Shown: positions 40,591 to 50,779, numbered from the stretch's first letter. The stretch: 64,000 nt of DNA from a bacterium (GCA_049472335.1 JBLIRO010000019.1:1-64000); one strand, 5' to 3'. Notes: generated by a model from the sequence alone, not told the origin. Translations and numbers: made by a program.

Positions 40591-42743
40591 AATACCCTTT
40601 TTTTGTTTTTTTGGGTATTTTCCGGGATTTCAATAATGAACCTGGTTCCTATCATAAATTTTGACTGAAAGCTGATTTTGCCTTTGTGATTTTCTTCTAT
40701 TATTCTTTTTACTACATAAAGCCCGATACCTGTACCTGATTTTTGTGATGATTTAGTAGTAAAAAAGGGTGCGAATATCTTTTGTTTGTTTTCATCTTTG
40801 ATACCGATACCATTATCTGAAATTTCAATTGTTGAAATTTTTTTGTTTTTTGATAAGCTTAATTTGATTAGAGGCTCGAAATTTACCTTTTCTTCATCCA
40901 TTATCGGGAAATCCATCTTTTCTTTTATTGCCTCATAACAATTATCCAGGATATTATAAACACACTCCAAAAGTTGTGATTTTACCCCATAAATCAGATC
41001 TGAGGGGTCGACTTCCATTTCCAGAGGAAATTCCCTGATTCGATGTTTTACAAGAAGTAAACCCAGAGAGGTATTGATTAATTCTTGTAAAGAAAACCAC
41101 GAGAAATAGGCTTCCTTTTCTTCAGTGCGGGCAAAATTAAGGATTCCCTCCAATATTGCATTGGTTTTTTTAACATTATTTATCAATGAATCTCCTGTTT
41201 CGGACAGATATTCAAAATATTTCTTTAGCTCATAATTTTCTTCTATGAGCTGAGGATGTTTTTCCCAAAAGGTGCTTGTCTCAAACTTTAAACCTCCCGT
41301 AACAACAGAAAAAAAGTTGAGCCGGTTCTTCATCTGGTGCGCCACACCATCGGCCATACCACCGATTGATGCCAGCTTTTCTGCCCGAAAGACCCTTTCT
41401 TGGTCTTTACTGAATTTTACCATGAAAATACAATGATCTATCGCAAGTGCTGCCTCCCGGGAAAGGATTTCAAATACATCAATGTCTTCTTCCGTGTAAA
41501 ATGTGTGGTCCTTTTTTTCACCTAATATTAAAAAACCCAGGAGTTCATTATCAATGAATGCAGGTACGACTAAATGAATATGTTTGTCTAAAGATGAATT
41601 TAAAATGTGCTCGATATCTTCATAATGCAAGGATGTTTTTTTCTCTTTAAGAAGTTTGATCAAAGGATGTTTGACAGAAAAAGCCAAATTTTTTGGAAAG
41701 TCTTTATATCCTCTTATTTTTTTTAAAGTATAGTTTTTGTCATTTTTATATTTCAGAAAAAAACCGGCAAATTCAATACCGACTTTTAGTTTTATTATGT
41801 CAGTGATAAATTTCAGAAGCTTATCTAAGTCATGTTCCCGCACCATAGCCTTTCCAGCTTTAAGAAGAGCCTTTTGATACAATCTTTGCCTGGCTAAAAG
41901 GATGTTTTCCGCTTTTTCCTGAAAATAACGGTAGATTAAAGGCCCCGGTGTGGCGAGGACTACTGCCAGGGAGGTAGAAATCAAGCCTGATTTCGTATAA
42001 TAGAGAATCAAAAAAGGGATTCCTAAAACGAAGATATAGACGAACAGTATTATCCCCGCCCGGTTAAAGGCTATTTTTATATCAAGCAAGTGATATTTTA
42101 TTATGGCATAAGTCATAATAATTGGATAAAGAGCAATGGCAAGATTTAAAAAAGGGTAAACATCTATTTTAAAGACAGGCAAAAAACTAATAGATCCTCC
42201 GGAAAATCCTATAAAAGTTGCCAGGAAGAAATACTGTATTTGTCTTTTTTTGGTACCTTTGGCTTTTTTATGAGCATTATATAATTCATAATGGGCATAA
42301 ATTATTACAAGCCCGAAGAATATTACAAAGGGTATATAAATAAGACCTGGAGGTGAATCATAGTAAAAACTATCAAATACATATCGCATATTAGAAATAA
42401 ATTTATCAGTAAACAAGTTGCAAAATAAAAAGATAAAACTAATTATATATGTAGCTATGGTTATTTTGGGTTTTTTAATCTTTAAAAAGGTAAAAACAAA
42501 ATGCAGGAAAAAAACCGGCATCATGATAATGCCGATATGGGCTACTTTCCAATACAGAAAAGCGCTTTTTATATCTTTTGTTATACCTATCTTGGCCCCG
42601 CCGAAGCCCCAGATTGCAACCTGAATAGTAAAAAGAAACCATAAGATATTTATTTTATTGTTTTTATTCTTTAAAAATACAAACAATCCGAATATGAAGC
42701 TTGTTATTCCTATTAAAATACCCAAAGATGCAAAAAGGTTCAT
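40554..42743 (-). CDS. Sensor histidine kinase with N-terminal 7TM-type region, GAF domain and HisKA/HATPase
   Basis: Multi-helix hydrophobic N-terminus ending YAIIKYHLLDI; GAF (GFLILGEKK...YTEEDIDVFEIL); H-box EKLASIGGMADGVAHQMKNRL; NILDN, DNGIGI, FFTTK, GTGIGL. Confidence 0.9.
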   Translation of the reverse strand: MNLFASLGILIGITSFIFGLFVFLKNKNNKINILWFLFTIQVAIWGFGGAKIGITKDIKSAFLYWKVAHIGIIMMPVFFLHFVFTFLKIKKPKITIATYIISFIFLFCNLFTDKFISNMRYVFDSFYYDSPPGLIYIPFVIFFGLVIIYAHYELYNAHKKAKGTKKRQIQYFFLATFIGFSGGSISFLPVFKIDVYPFLNLAIALYPIIMTYAIIKYHLLDIKIAFNRAGIILFVYIFVLGIPFLILYYTKSGLISTSLAVVLATPGPLIYRYFQEKAENILLARQRLYQKALLKAGKAMVREHDLDKLLKFITDIIKLKVGIEFAGFFLKYKNDKNYTLKKIRGYKDFPKNLAFSVKHPLIKLLKEKKTSLHYEDIEHILNSSLDKHIHLVVPAFIDNELLGFLILGEKKDHTFYTEEDIDVFEILSREAALAIDHCIFMVKFSKDQERVFRAEKLASIGGMADGVAHQMKNRLNFFSVVTGGLKFETSTFWEKHPQLIEENYELKKYFEYLSETGDSLINNVKKTNAILEGILNFARTEEKEAYFSWFSLQELINTSLGLLLVKHRIREFPLEMEVDPSDLIYGVKSQLLECVYNILDNCYEAIKEKMDFPIMDEEKVNFEPLIKLSLSKNKKISTIEISDNGIGIKDENKQKIFAPFFTTKSSQKSGTGIGLYVVKRIIEENHKGKISFQSKFMIGTRFIIEIPENTQKNKKRVFQNASLATLKRP

Positions 42744-42789
42744 ATTTATATTCTATCTTTAATTATTTCGAATATTTTTAAATGTCATG

Positions 42790-44292
42790 CTAGCTTTTGA
42801 TAATTTCTTTTGGTAATTTATATTCAGAGAGATATTTCGATAATAGTTTCAATATTTCACTTGATGAAACACTATTCTTCATTTTTTCAGAATATCTAAC
42901 AATAATTCCCTTTTTTCTCTTTTGTTTTTCGTTGATAATAATATCTTCAATAAATATTCCATCTATATGTATCTTGTGATTTAGCTCTAAAATAGTTTTA
43001 ATCTCATTCAGATCAACTGTTATGCCGTTAATCTTGGTAATGCTTTTTTTTAATCCTTTAAAATAGACATAATTTTTACTATCGATCAGGCCTAAATCTC
43101 CGGTATGGAAGAAATCGGACTTAATTACATTTGAAGTCTCTTCGGGTTCTCTATAATATCCTGTCATAACAGAAGGGCATTTTACGGCAATTTCTCCTAT
43201 CTCACCGGTTTTACATTCTCTGCCTTGTTCATCTATTATTTTTATTTGAACATCATGTCCCGTAATACCTATTGTCTCCGGCCTGTTCCCCCATCTCGGA
43301 TTACAAGTCACGGGTAAGGTTTCTGTGAGGCCATATCCCTGGATTATTTCTATCCCCAATTCGGATTTGATTTTAGCATTTAAATCACAAGACATTAATT
43401 CAGCACCTGATATCCCAAATTGTACTGAAGAGATATTATGTTTTCTATTGTCATAGTGCTTTAATAAAAATTCATACAATGCAGGCACACAAACGAGTAC
43501 ATTTACTTTATTTTTTTCAATCATATGAAAAATCTTTTTGGGATTTATTCCTTCTAATATAATTATCGTCGCTTTTGCCAATAAAGGAACAATTATACAA
43601 CCTACTAACGGGAAGATGTGCGAGAGAGGCAGAACTAATAAAATCCTCATGTTTTCTTCTATCCCTACTAATTTAATATACCGAATAGCGCCATGGATAT
43701 AGTTGTTATGTGTTAGCATGGCCCCAAGTGGATAGCCATAACCACGATATGTATAATTAATACTGGCTATTTGCTTTGGACAGGCAGAAATTTTTGTGGA
43801 TTTACATCCTTCCTGTTCAGCCATTTCATAAAGCTTATTAAAGGTATACAAAACTGTTTTTCCCAAATGTCCGTTTGTGTCTAATATGCCTCTATAGCTA
43901 TGGTCCTCTCTAACCACTACTATTTTGTTTTTTAATAATGAAGGCCTTTTGGAAAGAAGTTTTTCAATAAGATCATATGTGAGAATTAAGCATTTAGGTC
44001 TACAGTTTTTAAATATTCTGGATAATTCCCAGCAAGTCATATTTAATTTTAAGGGAACTGCTATTGCGTTTAAATTGAGAATGGCAAAAAAACAGAAGAT
44101 AAATTCTTTGCAATTGGGAAGAATAATAACAACCCTGGTATTTTTTTTTATCCCCATGGAGCTAAATATATTCGATAATGATTCTATCCTCTGCCATAGT
44201 TCCCAATAGGTTATTTCCTCTTCACTATCTATAAGGGCTAATTTTTCAGGGTGAGAATAGGCAATACCTTTAATAAGAGCGCACAGATTCAT
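42790..44292 (-). CDS. Class I adenylate-forming enzyme (acyl-CoA/ACP ligase-like) with atypical motifs
   Basis: QGYGLTE, GEIAVKCPSVMTGYY and FFHTGDLG are present. The P-loop reads YTYRGYGYPLG rather than YTSGTTGxPKG, and the protein ends at YKLPKEIIKS. Confidence 0.85.
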   Translation of the reverse strand: MNLCALIKGIAYSHPEKLALIDSEEEITYWELWQRIESLSNIFSSMGIKKNTRVVIILPNCKEFIFCFFAILNLNAIAVPLKLNMTCWELSRIFKNCRPKCLILTYDLIEKLLSKRPSLLKNKIVVVREDHSYRGILDTNGHLGKTVLYTFNKLYEMAEQEGCKSTKISACPKQIASINYTYRGYGYPLGAMLTHNNYIHGAIRYIKLVGIEENMRILLVLPLSHIFPLVGCIIVPLLAKATIIILEGINPKKIFHMIEKNKVNVLVCVPALYEFLLKHYDNRKHNISSVQFGISGAELMSCDLNAKIKSELGIEIIQGYGLTETLPVTCNPRWGNRPETIGITGHDVQIKIIDEQGRECKTGEIGEIAVKCPSVMTGYYREPEETSNVIKSDFFHTGDLGLIDSKNYVYFKGLKKSITKINGITVDLNEIKTILELNHKIHIDGIFIEDIIINEKQKRKKGIIVRYSEKMKNSVSSSEILKLLSKYLSEYKLPKEIIKS

Positions 44293-45392
44293 AGCTTTAT
44301 TCCATTTCGGGGAGTAATAAAATTTTTATCCCTACAAAACTTAAACATAATATGCAAGACTTTTTTATCAATCTTTGGCCATTTAAAATAGGACCTTTTT
44401 AAAATATTCATGGCCTTTTTGTTATCATAGTAAATACCTTTTTGGTTAAGATAAGGTAAATATGGAGATAATAACATTCTTCTAAAGCCTTTAAGTTTTT
44501 CCATGTCAAAATCTTCTATTGGTATCCTTTCAGAGTCCTTGTAACAAAAAAACTCACTGGCTGTTTTAAATATAAAATCTCCTGAAACTTCATGAGTATT
44601 TGTCATATGAAATGTCTGATTAGGGCAACGATTATTAGTGAAAATGATATAAATAGCATCTGATAGATAATCTACAGGTACTATATTATATTTTGTATTT
44701 CCCCTTGCCGGGATTTGCCTATAGATTCCCAAAGAGAGAATCTGAATAGGCTGATATACCACTTTGAAATTTGTCGTATATCCGTTTTTAGCATCACCGA
44801 CAATTATGCTTGGTCTAAAAATATTTACATTTACCCCTTTTGCCCTGTATCCTTGAATAAGTTTTTCCGCCTCAAATTTGGTTTTTTCATAAGTATTATT
44901 AAAATCCTGACCTATATCCAGATAATCTTCGTAAAATATCCCCTGATATTTTCCCGATACGGCAACTGTGCTTATATGATTTACTGATTCAAAGGATTCA
45001 TTCTTCGTGCATAATAAAGCAAAATCAAGAATATTTTTTGTGCCATCCAAATTTACTTTTTTTATCTCATTATAATCCAGATTGAAATCAGTTGATGCTG
45101 CGCAATGAAATATATCAGTAACTTCTTTTGATAATTTTTCTATTTGTTTTTTGGTCAATCCAAAGTTTGGTTTGATAATATTGCCATCAATAATATCAAT
45201 ACGATCCTTTAAAATAGTATATTTTTTAACATCGTAATTTTCTTTTAATAACAAGTTAATCCTGTTTTGGGCTGTCATTGATGCATTGGATCTGACCAGG
45301 AGCGTTACTCTTATATCATCATCATTTAATAAACGCTTGACAAGTTGCAAGCCCAAAGAACCTGTTCCGCCTGTTATCAATATGTTTTTCAT
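44289..45392 (-). CDS. Thioester reductase / fatty acyl reductase-type SDR (male-sterility family)
   Basis: ILITGGTGSLG, FHCAA, VNLDGT, HIST, YEKTK, FRPSIIVGD, VPVDY; 4-bp overlap with the ligase gene. Confidence 0.9.
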   Translation of the reverse strand: MKNILITGGTGSLGLQLVKRLLNDDDIRVTLLVRSNASMTAQNRINLLLKENYDVKKYTILKDRIDIIDGNIIKPNFGLTKKQIEKLSKEVTDIFHCAASTDFNLDYNEIKKVNLDGTKNILDFALLCTKNESFESVNHISTVAVSGKYQGIFYEDYLDIGQDFNNTYEKTKFEAEKLIQGYRAKGVNVNIFRPSIIVGDAKNGYTTNFKVVYQPIQILSLGIYRQIPARGNTKYNIVPVDYLSDAIYIIFTNNRCPNQTFHMTNTHEVSGDFIFKTASEFFCYKDSERIPIEDFDMEKLKGFRRMLLSPYLPYLNQKGIYYDNKKAMNILKRSYFKWPKIDKKVLHIMFKFCRDKNFITPRNGIKL

Positions 45393-45470
45393 CTGAAAAT
45401 TCCTGTTAAATTTTTTAATTATTTTCAGTTAATATAGGCTTCAACCTGAAAATCATCTTCGCCCCGCCAT

Positions 45471-46133
45471 CTACTTATTTTTTTTCCTTTCTAAATGTTC
45501 TTCGATAAGACACATCATGTCTCCAACACTGACTATTTCAAATGCCTTATTTTCATCAATCTCGATATCATATATGGTTTCTATAGCTGCTAAGGTTTCC
45601 ATGGCCATTAAAGAATCAATTCCAAGCTCTTCCCGGATCAGTGTATCTTCCGAAAAATAATCCTCATCCACCCTTGTTATTATAGATAATGTCTGTTTGA
45701 TTCTTTTTCTGTTTTTGATAGATTCTTCAAGTTTCAAAGTACTTATCTCTTTAAGATAAGAGGATAGAATCCCTTTTTCATCCTCGTTCATATCAATAAA
45801 ACTAATACCGAATGCATATTTATTCTTAACTGGTAGACCTTTTAGATTATAAATCCAGATTATTTTACCTCTTGTATTGAGAATGCAATTTTTTTCCGAT
45901 AAAAATAAACCGAGATCAAGATCCTTTTTTTTACTTATACATTCATTGAGGAAAACGTCATCATCGATTGTTGCACTAAAAGAAACTCCTCCCATGCCCA
46001 TATTTATGGTCTTTGTTCTGTATCTTTTTTTAGAATTATGTAAAGATTCTCCTCTGTATAAATCGAATTCGATTGGAATGGCTTTTATCAGACGTTCATG
46101 ACGTCTTCTGTCAGGCTTCCCATTAAGAGCCAA
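45471..46133 (-). CDS. PilZ domain-acyl carrier protein fusion
   Basis: N-terminal DRRRHER (RxxxR), INMGMGG (D/NxS/GxxG), RGKIIW and FGISF. C-terminal ELGIDSLMAMETLAAIETIYDIEI carries the phosphopantetheine Ser. TTG start with an AAGGGGG RBS. Confidence 0.85.
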   Translation of the reverse strand: MALNGKPDRRRHERLIKAIPIEFDLYRGESLHNSKKRYRTKTINMGMGGVSFSATIDDDVFLNECISKKKDLDLGLFLSEKNCILNTRGKIIWIYNLKGLPVKNKYAFGISFIDMNEDEKGILSSYLKEISTLKLEESIKNRKRIKQTLSIITRVDEDYFSEDTLIREELGIDSLMAMETLAAIETIYDIEIDENKAFEIVSVGDMMCLIEEHLERKKNK

Positions 46134-46742
46134 TGCAGTAATACCCCCTTTTTGTTTTAGTCAAGTATGCCTATAAACAATCTATATTGATTAAGGCTTG
46201 TTAGAGAGTTGAAATATTGTAACATTTTGATCTTTTTTAAATAACCAACATTTTGCAAAATATAGACCTTTTATTTATAATCGGCTTTTTTAAAAATTTT
46301 TAATAAAAAATTGTCATCAGGAAAACTCGCTTTACGAATTTAAAAAATCGCCGTTTTTTTAACCTCGGAACGACAATAAAAAGTTACACCCCTTTAATTT
46401 GTGTAAATTTATAGGATTTGATTTGTCGAATCACACAGAATCCGGCACGGAAAAGGATCTTTAAATATAGTTGTAATATTAATGATCAGAGCTGCCACTT
46501 TTACAGTCTCATTTCTCATTTACAGCGTCCGGTGTATAATCTTTACTAGTATTAAATATTTATTAAACTACTTAGATTTTAATACTTGATTTTTGAAAAA
46601 TATCTTTATATAATTGATGATAAAAATATCAAAACTAAGTATCTTAATGACATAATATAAGTACTTTTACTTAAATTCTTTTCTGCTCAAAATTGATTTT
46701 TTTACTTATGATTTTAATTTCCTTGATGAGGGAGGCCAAATT

Positions 46743-47954
46743 ATGGGATTGAAAGATATTTTTATGGATCAGGAAAGCACCTTTAGGGCTTATTATAATG
46801 AGTTGATGAAAAAGAGTAATGAAAATCTTATGAAGATGGACAGTGAACTTCCTCCTGCCCGGCAAGACTGGAATGATACTTTGAACCTCCATGGGGTAAC
46901 ACGCCGTGATTTCTTGAAGTGGTCATCCATTATGGGAACTTTATTGATGTTTCCCCCCATTTTTAGTTCTAAAATTGCAAAGGCTGCCGAGATGAGTAAC
47001 CGGCTTCCTGTGGTATGGCTTAACTTCTCGGAATGCACCGGCTGTACGGAGGCCCTTCTCAGAACATCTTATCCCAATATCGATGAAATTATTCTGGAAA
47101 CCCTGTCTTTAGAGTATCATGAGACCCTTATGGCCGCCTCCGGTTATCAGGCTGAAGAGTGTTTACAGGAGGCGCTGCATAAATATCCCGGTAAATTCAT
47201 TTGTGTTATAGAAGGTGCAATTCCCATGGCAATGGAGGGCAAATATCTCACCATAGGGGCAGAGGGTAAAACAGGTCTTGAAATAGGCAAAGAGGTTACT
47301 TCAAAAGCTGCAATGGTTATATGCATTGGGTCCTGTGCCGCTTTTGGCAATATCCCCGCGGCAAAGCCAAATCCTACGAATGCGAAAGGGATCAGCGACG
47401 CGTTGGGAATTCCGGTTGTCAATATCCCCGGGTGTCCTCCAAACGGAGCCAATTTTGTGGGTACAATACTGCATTATCTGCTTTTTGGTTCAATGCCTGC
47501 CCTGGACAACCTGAATCGCCCTGTCTGGGCGTATGGGAAAAGGATACACGATTTTTGTGAACGTCGGCCTCATTATGATGCCGGGGAATTTGTCGAGGAA
47601 TGGGGTGATGAGTATGCAAAAAAGGGATGGTGCCTTTATAAGGTAGGATGCAAAGGGCCTTACACTTATTCAAATTGCAGCAGAATACGCTTCAATCAAG
47701 GGATATCATGGCCTGTAATGGCAGGGCATGGATGCATAGGTTGTACTGAGCCTGCTTTTTGGGATACCATGGCGCCATTGGAAAAACCCGTCCATGAGGC
47801 CGCCATTCTTCCTCCCTTTGGCGGTATTGAATCAACCGCTGACAAGATAGGTATCGGTTTGACTGCGGCAACAATTGCAGGTATTGGGATACATGCCATT
47901 GGGAGCGCCCTGAGAAAACCCGGCACCGAAAAAGGTGCTAAAGAAAAAGATTAA
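46743..47954 (+). CDS. hydA: Periplasmic [NiFe] hydrogenase small subunit (group 1)
   Basis: Tat motif TRRDFLK; ECTGCTE, GSCA, PGCPP, HDFCERR, WCLYKVGCKGP, HGCIGC; C-terminal TM anchor. Confidence 0.95.
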   Translation: MGLKDIFMDQESTFRAYYNELMKKSNENLMKMDSELPPARQDWNDTLNLHGVTRRDFLKWSSIMGTLLMFPPIFSSKIAKAAEMSNRLPVVWLNFSECTGCTEALLRTSYPNIDEIILETLSLEYHETLMAASGYQAEECLQEALHKYPGKFICVIEGAIPMAMEGKYLTIGAEGKTGLEIGKEVTSKAAMVICIGSCAAFGNIPAAKPNPTNAKGISDALGIPVVNIPGCPPNGANFVGTILHYLLFGSMPALDNLNRPVWAYGKRIHDFCERRPHYDAGEFVEEWGDEYAKKGWCLYKVGCKGPYTYSNCSRIRFNQGISWPVMAGHGCIGCTEPAFWDTMAPLEKPVHEAAILPPFGGIESTADKIGIGLTAATIAGIGIHAIGSALRKPGTEKGAKEKD

Positions 47955-47996
47955 TATTAACAGCTGGTTAATATTTTTAAAAAGGGAGAAAAGAGA

Positions 47997-49670
47997 ATGG
48001 CTAATAAGATTATAATTGATCCGATAACACGAATTGAAGGACATTTGAGAATAGAGGTAGAGGTTGACAATAACAACCGAGTTAAAGATGCCTGGAGCTC
48101 TTGCACGCTCTGGAGAGGGATTGAAACCATATTAAAGGGAAGGGACCCAAGGGATGCGGGGTATATAACTCAAAGATTTTGCGGGGTTTGCACCTATTCC
48201 CATCTTGAAGCCGGGACATTGGCAGTTGAAAATGCCATCGGTGTCAAGCCGCCCAAAAATGCAAGGATAATAAGAAACCTCATTAAGGGAGCGCAGTACC
48301 TGCATGATAAGATTGTTCATTTTTATCATCTGCATGGCCTTGACTGGGTAGATATAGTCAGCGCCCTTTCCGCTGATCCCAGAAAAGCAGTGGACCTGGC
48401 CCGAAATTTTAGTGAAGATCCTTATAATTGTTCGGTCACCCACTATCAGTCGGTACAAAAACGCCTTAATTCTTTCGTTCAATCCGGACGTTTGGGCCCC
48501 TTTGCCAATGCCTATTGGGGTAATGATTCTTATAAATTTCCCCCTGAGGCAAATTTAATAATAGCGTCCCATTATCTGGATGCCCTTTCAGTGCAAAGGG
48601 TGGCTTCTCAGATGATGGCTATCTTTGGCGGGAAAAATCCTCATCCTCAAACACTGGTAGTGGGGGGTGTTACAAGTGTAATGGACGCGCTGGATGCAAA
48701 CAGGTTGGGGGAATATCTCTATAGGCTTAAGGAAGTCAGGAAATTTTATGAGACCGCTTTTATGCCTGATACGTTACTTGCAGCTTATTACTACAAAGAT
48801 GAGGGAGTGGCCGGTATAGGAGAAGGTGTAAAGAATTATATAGCCTATGGCGGTTTCCCGTTGGATGACGGTTGGAATGAGACCCTTTTCCCCAGAGGTA
48901 TTATAATAAAAGGGGATTTGAGCAGGGTGTACGATATAGATGAGAATAAGATTACAGAAGATGTAACCCATTCCTGGTACAAAGGGAAAGACATATTACA
49001 CCCGTCAAAGGGTGAGACAGTGCCTTATTATACGGGATTCGACAATGATGGATATTTGAAGGGGGATGAAAAATATAGCTGGATAAAGTCGCCCCGTTAT
49101 AATGAAGTGCCTATGGAGGTAGGGCCTTTAGCCCGTATGCTGGTAGGATATGGAAGAAAGGATAGCAGAATAAAGCCCCTTGTTGACCATTGCCTCGATT
49201 TAGCTCAGATTCCGGCATCCGCTCTTTTTTCCACTCTGGGAAGAACCGCTGCAAGGTGTATTGAAGGGAAATTGGTCGCGGATAATATAGAGAGTTGGGT
49301 TATGGATCTGGTAACCAACCTAAAGGGGGGAGATCAGCGGACATGGACGCGTTGCGACATACCCGATACGGCAGAGGGCAGAGGTATGACCGAGGCCCCA
49401 AGGGGCGCTCTGGGGCATTGGATAAGGATCGAAAACAAGGTGACTGCAAACTATCAGGCCGTTGTCCCGACAACATGGAATAGCTCCCCCAGGGATGAAA
49501 GGGGGCAAAGGGGCCCCTCAGAGCAATCATTGATCGGTGTCACGCTTTCAAATATCGACCAGCCCCTGGAAATTATCCGGACCGTTCACTCATTCGATCC
49601 ATGTGGGGCATGTGCGGTTCATATTATCGATCCTCGCACAGACAACATTAAAGAATTCAAGATTCAGTAA
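47997..49670 (+). CDS. hydB: [NiFe] hydrogenase large subunit
   Basis: DPITRIEGH, L1 QRFCGVC, EAPRG, L2 SFDPCGACAVH followed by a cleavable C-terminal extension. Confidence 0.95.
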   Translation: MANKIIIDPITRIEGHLRIEVEVDNNNRVKDAWSSCTLWRGIETILKGRDPRDAGYITQRFCGVCTYSHLEAGTLAVENAIGVKPPKNARIIRNLIKGAQYLHDKIVHFYHLHGLDWVDIVSALSADPRKAVDLARNFSEDPYNCSVTHYQSVQKRLNSFVQSGRLGPFANAYWGNDSYKFPPEANLIIASHYLDALSVQRVASQMMAIFGGKNPHPQTLVVGGVTSVMDALDANRLGEYLYRLKEVRKFYETAFMPDTLLAAYYYKDEGVAGIGEGVKNYIAYGGFPLDDGWNETLFPRGIIIKGDLSRVYDIDENKITEDVTHSWYKGKDILHPSKGETVPYYTGFDNDGYLKGDEKYSWIKSPRYNEVPMEVGPLARMLVGYGRKDSRIKPLVDHCLDLAQIPASALFSTLGRTAARCIEGKLVADNIESWVMDLVTNLKGGDQRTWTRCDIPDTAEGRGMTEAPRGALGHWIRIENKVTANYQAVVPTTWNSSPRDERGQRGPSEQSLIGVTLSNIDQPLEIIRTVHSFDPCGACAVHIIDPRTDNIKEFKIQ

Positions 49671-49684
49671 AGGGGGAATGAGAT

Positions 49685-50392
49685 ATGGCGAAAAAAAAGG
49701 AGGTCCCGAAAAAATCCATGCGTATAGCTAAAAAACACTGGTCCATTGCCATGTGTATCAATCACTGGGCAATGGCCGTTGCTATCGTTATCCTTATTAT
49801 AACGGGCTTCTATATAGCCGAGCCTTTCACGGTTGCAGCCGGTGAGACATGGCATAAATATTTAATGGCCAACATGCGTTTTATTCATTTGGTTTTTGGT
49901 TTTATCCTGACAGCGCTGTTTATCTGGAGGGTTTATCTGGCCTTTTTCTCACGCTTCCATGCAGATTGGAAGGAATTCTTCGCCTGGCTCAATTTTAAAA
50001 ATACGTTCCATGCTGTTAAATTTTATACATTAATCACTACAGATCCCCCTGAGCATACAGGCCTTTATGGTTCCTTACAGTCCGCAGCCTATCTCTTTCT
50101 TTTATCCATGGTGTGTATAATAGTCATAACAGGCCTTATCCTTTATGGCGTCCTATATCAAGCAGGACTAGCAAAATTAGTTTATTTGGTCTTACGCTCC
50201 ATAGAAGGATTTATCGGGGGATTGGCCGGGACACGATTAATACATCATGCCCTCACATGGATATTTATCTTCTTTATAATCGTGCATACATATTTGGCCT
50301 TCTGGTATGATGCGGTATTTAAACAGGGTACGATTTCTTCTATCATCAATGGACGCATATTCGAGGAAACAAAAGAGCAAGACTTGAAATAG
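49685..50392 (+). CDS. hydC: [NiFe] hydrogenase b-type cytochrome subunit
   Basis: Four TM helices with haem His residues (INHW, FIHL, IHH, IVH); ISSIING. Confidence 0.9.
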   Translation: MAKKKEVPKKSMRIAKKHWSIAMCINHWAMAVAIVILIITGFYIAEPFTVAAGETWHKYLMANMRFIHLVFGFILTALFIWRVYLAFFSRFHADWKEFFAWLNFKNTFHAVKFYTLITTDPPEHTGLYGSLQSAAYLFLLSMVCIIVITGLILYGVLYQAGLAKLVYLVLRSIEGFIGGLAGTRLIHHALTWIFIFFIIVHTYLAFWYDAVFKQGTISSIINGRIFEETKEQDLK

Positions 50393-50426
50393 ATAATTAA
50401 TTTTTTATTCCCGCTCCAATCAATTT

Positions 50427-50463
50427 GAGTGTGGGAAATGATCTGTTCTCATTTCCCACGCTC
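50427..50463. terminator. Hairpin after hydC
   Basis: GAGTGTGGGAAATGA-N7-TCATTTCCCACGCTC. Confidence 0.6.
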
Positions 50464-50539
50464 CTTCCCTCAGTAGCCTCTTTTTTTCAATAATTTTAAA
50501 TAAAAAATATTTTTATATTAATAAAGTAATATTTTTTTA

Positions 50540-50568
50540 TTGACAAAAACACTTTTTGTGAATATACT
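50540..50568 (+). promoter_or_regulatory. Putative sigma70 promoter
   Basis: TTGACA, 17 bp, TATACT. Confidence 0.6.
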
Positions 50569-50779
50569 TATTATAGATATTTTATAAGATCAAATCCTCT
50601 TTTTTAAAAATCCTATCGGGTATTTTAATTATCCTGTGCGAATAAAAGACTCATAGCTAATTCATCTGTTCTCGTTCAATTAAGCAGGGCGGAGGATATA
50701 TCAGAACAGAGGATCATTAGGATCATAATGCATTATAAAAAGTCATTTAATTGTATAAAATAATTTTTTCTTAATATTC

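Noticed and set aside
46134..46742. c-di-GMP riboswitch or FNR site between the PilZ-ACP and hyd operons
   Set aside because: I could not find a recognisable GEMM core or a correctly spaced TTGAT-N4-ATCAA by eye. An Rfam scan would be needed to exclude a riboswitch.
49590..49625. [NiFeSe] hydrogenase / selenocysteine
   Set aside because: The L2 motif is encoded with TGT Cys codons and has no in-frame TGA.
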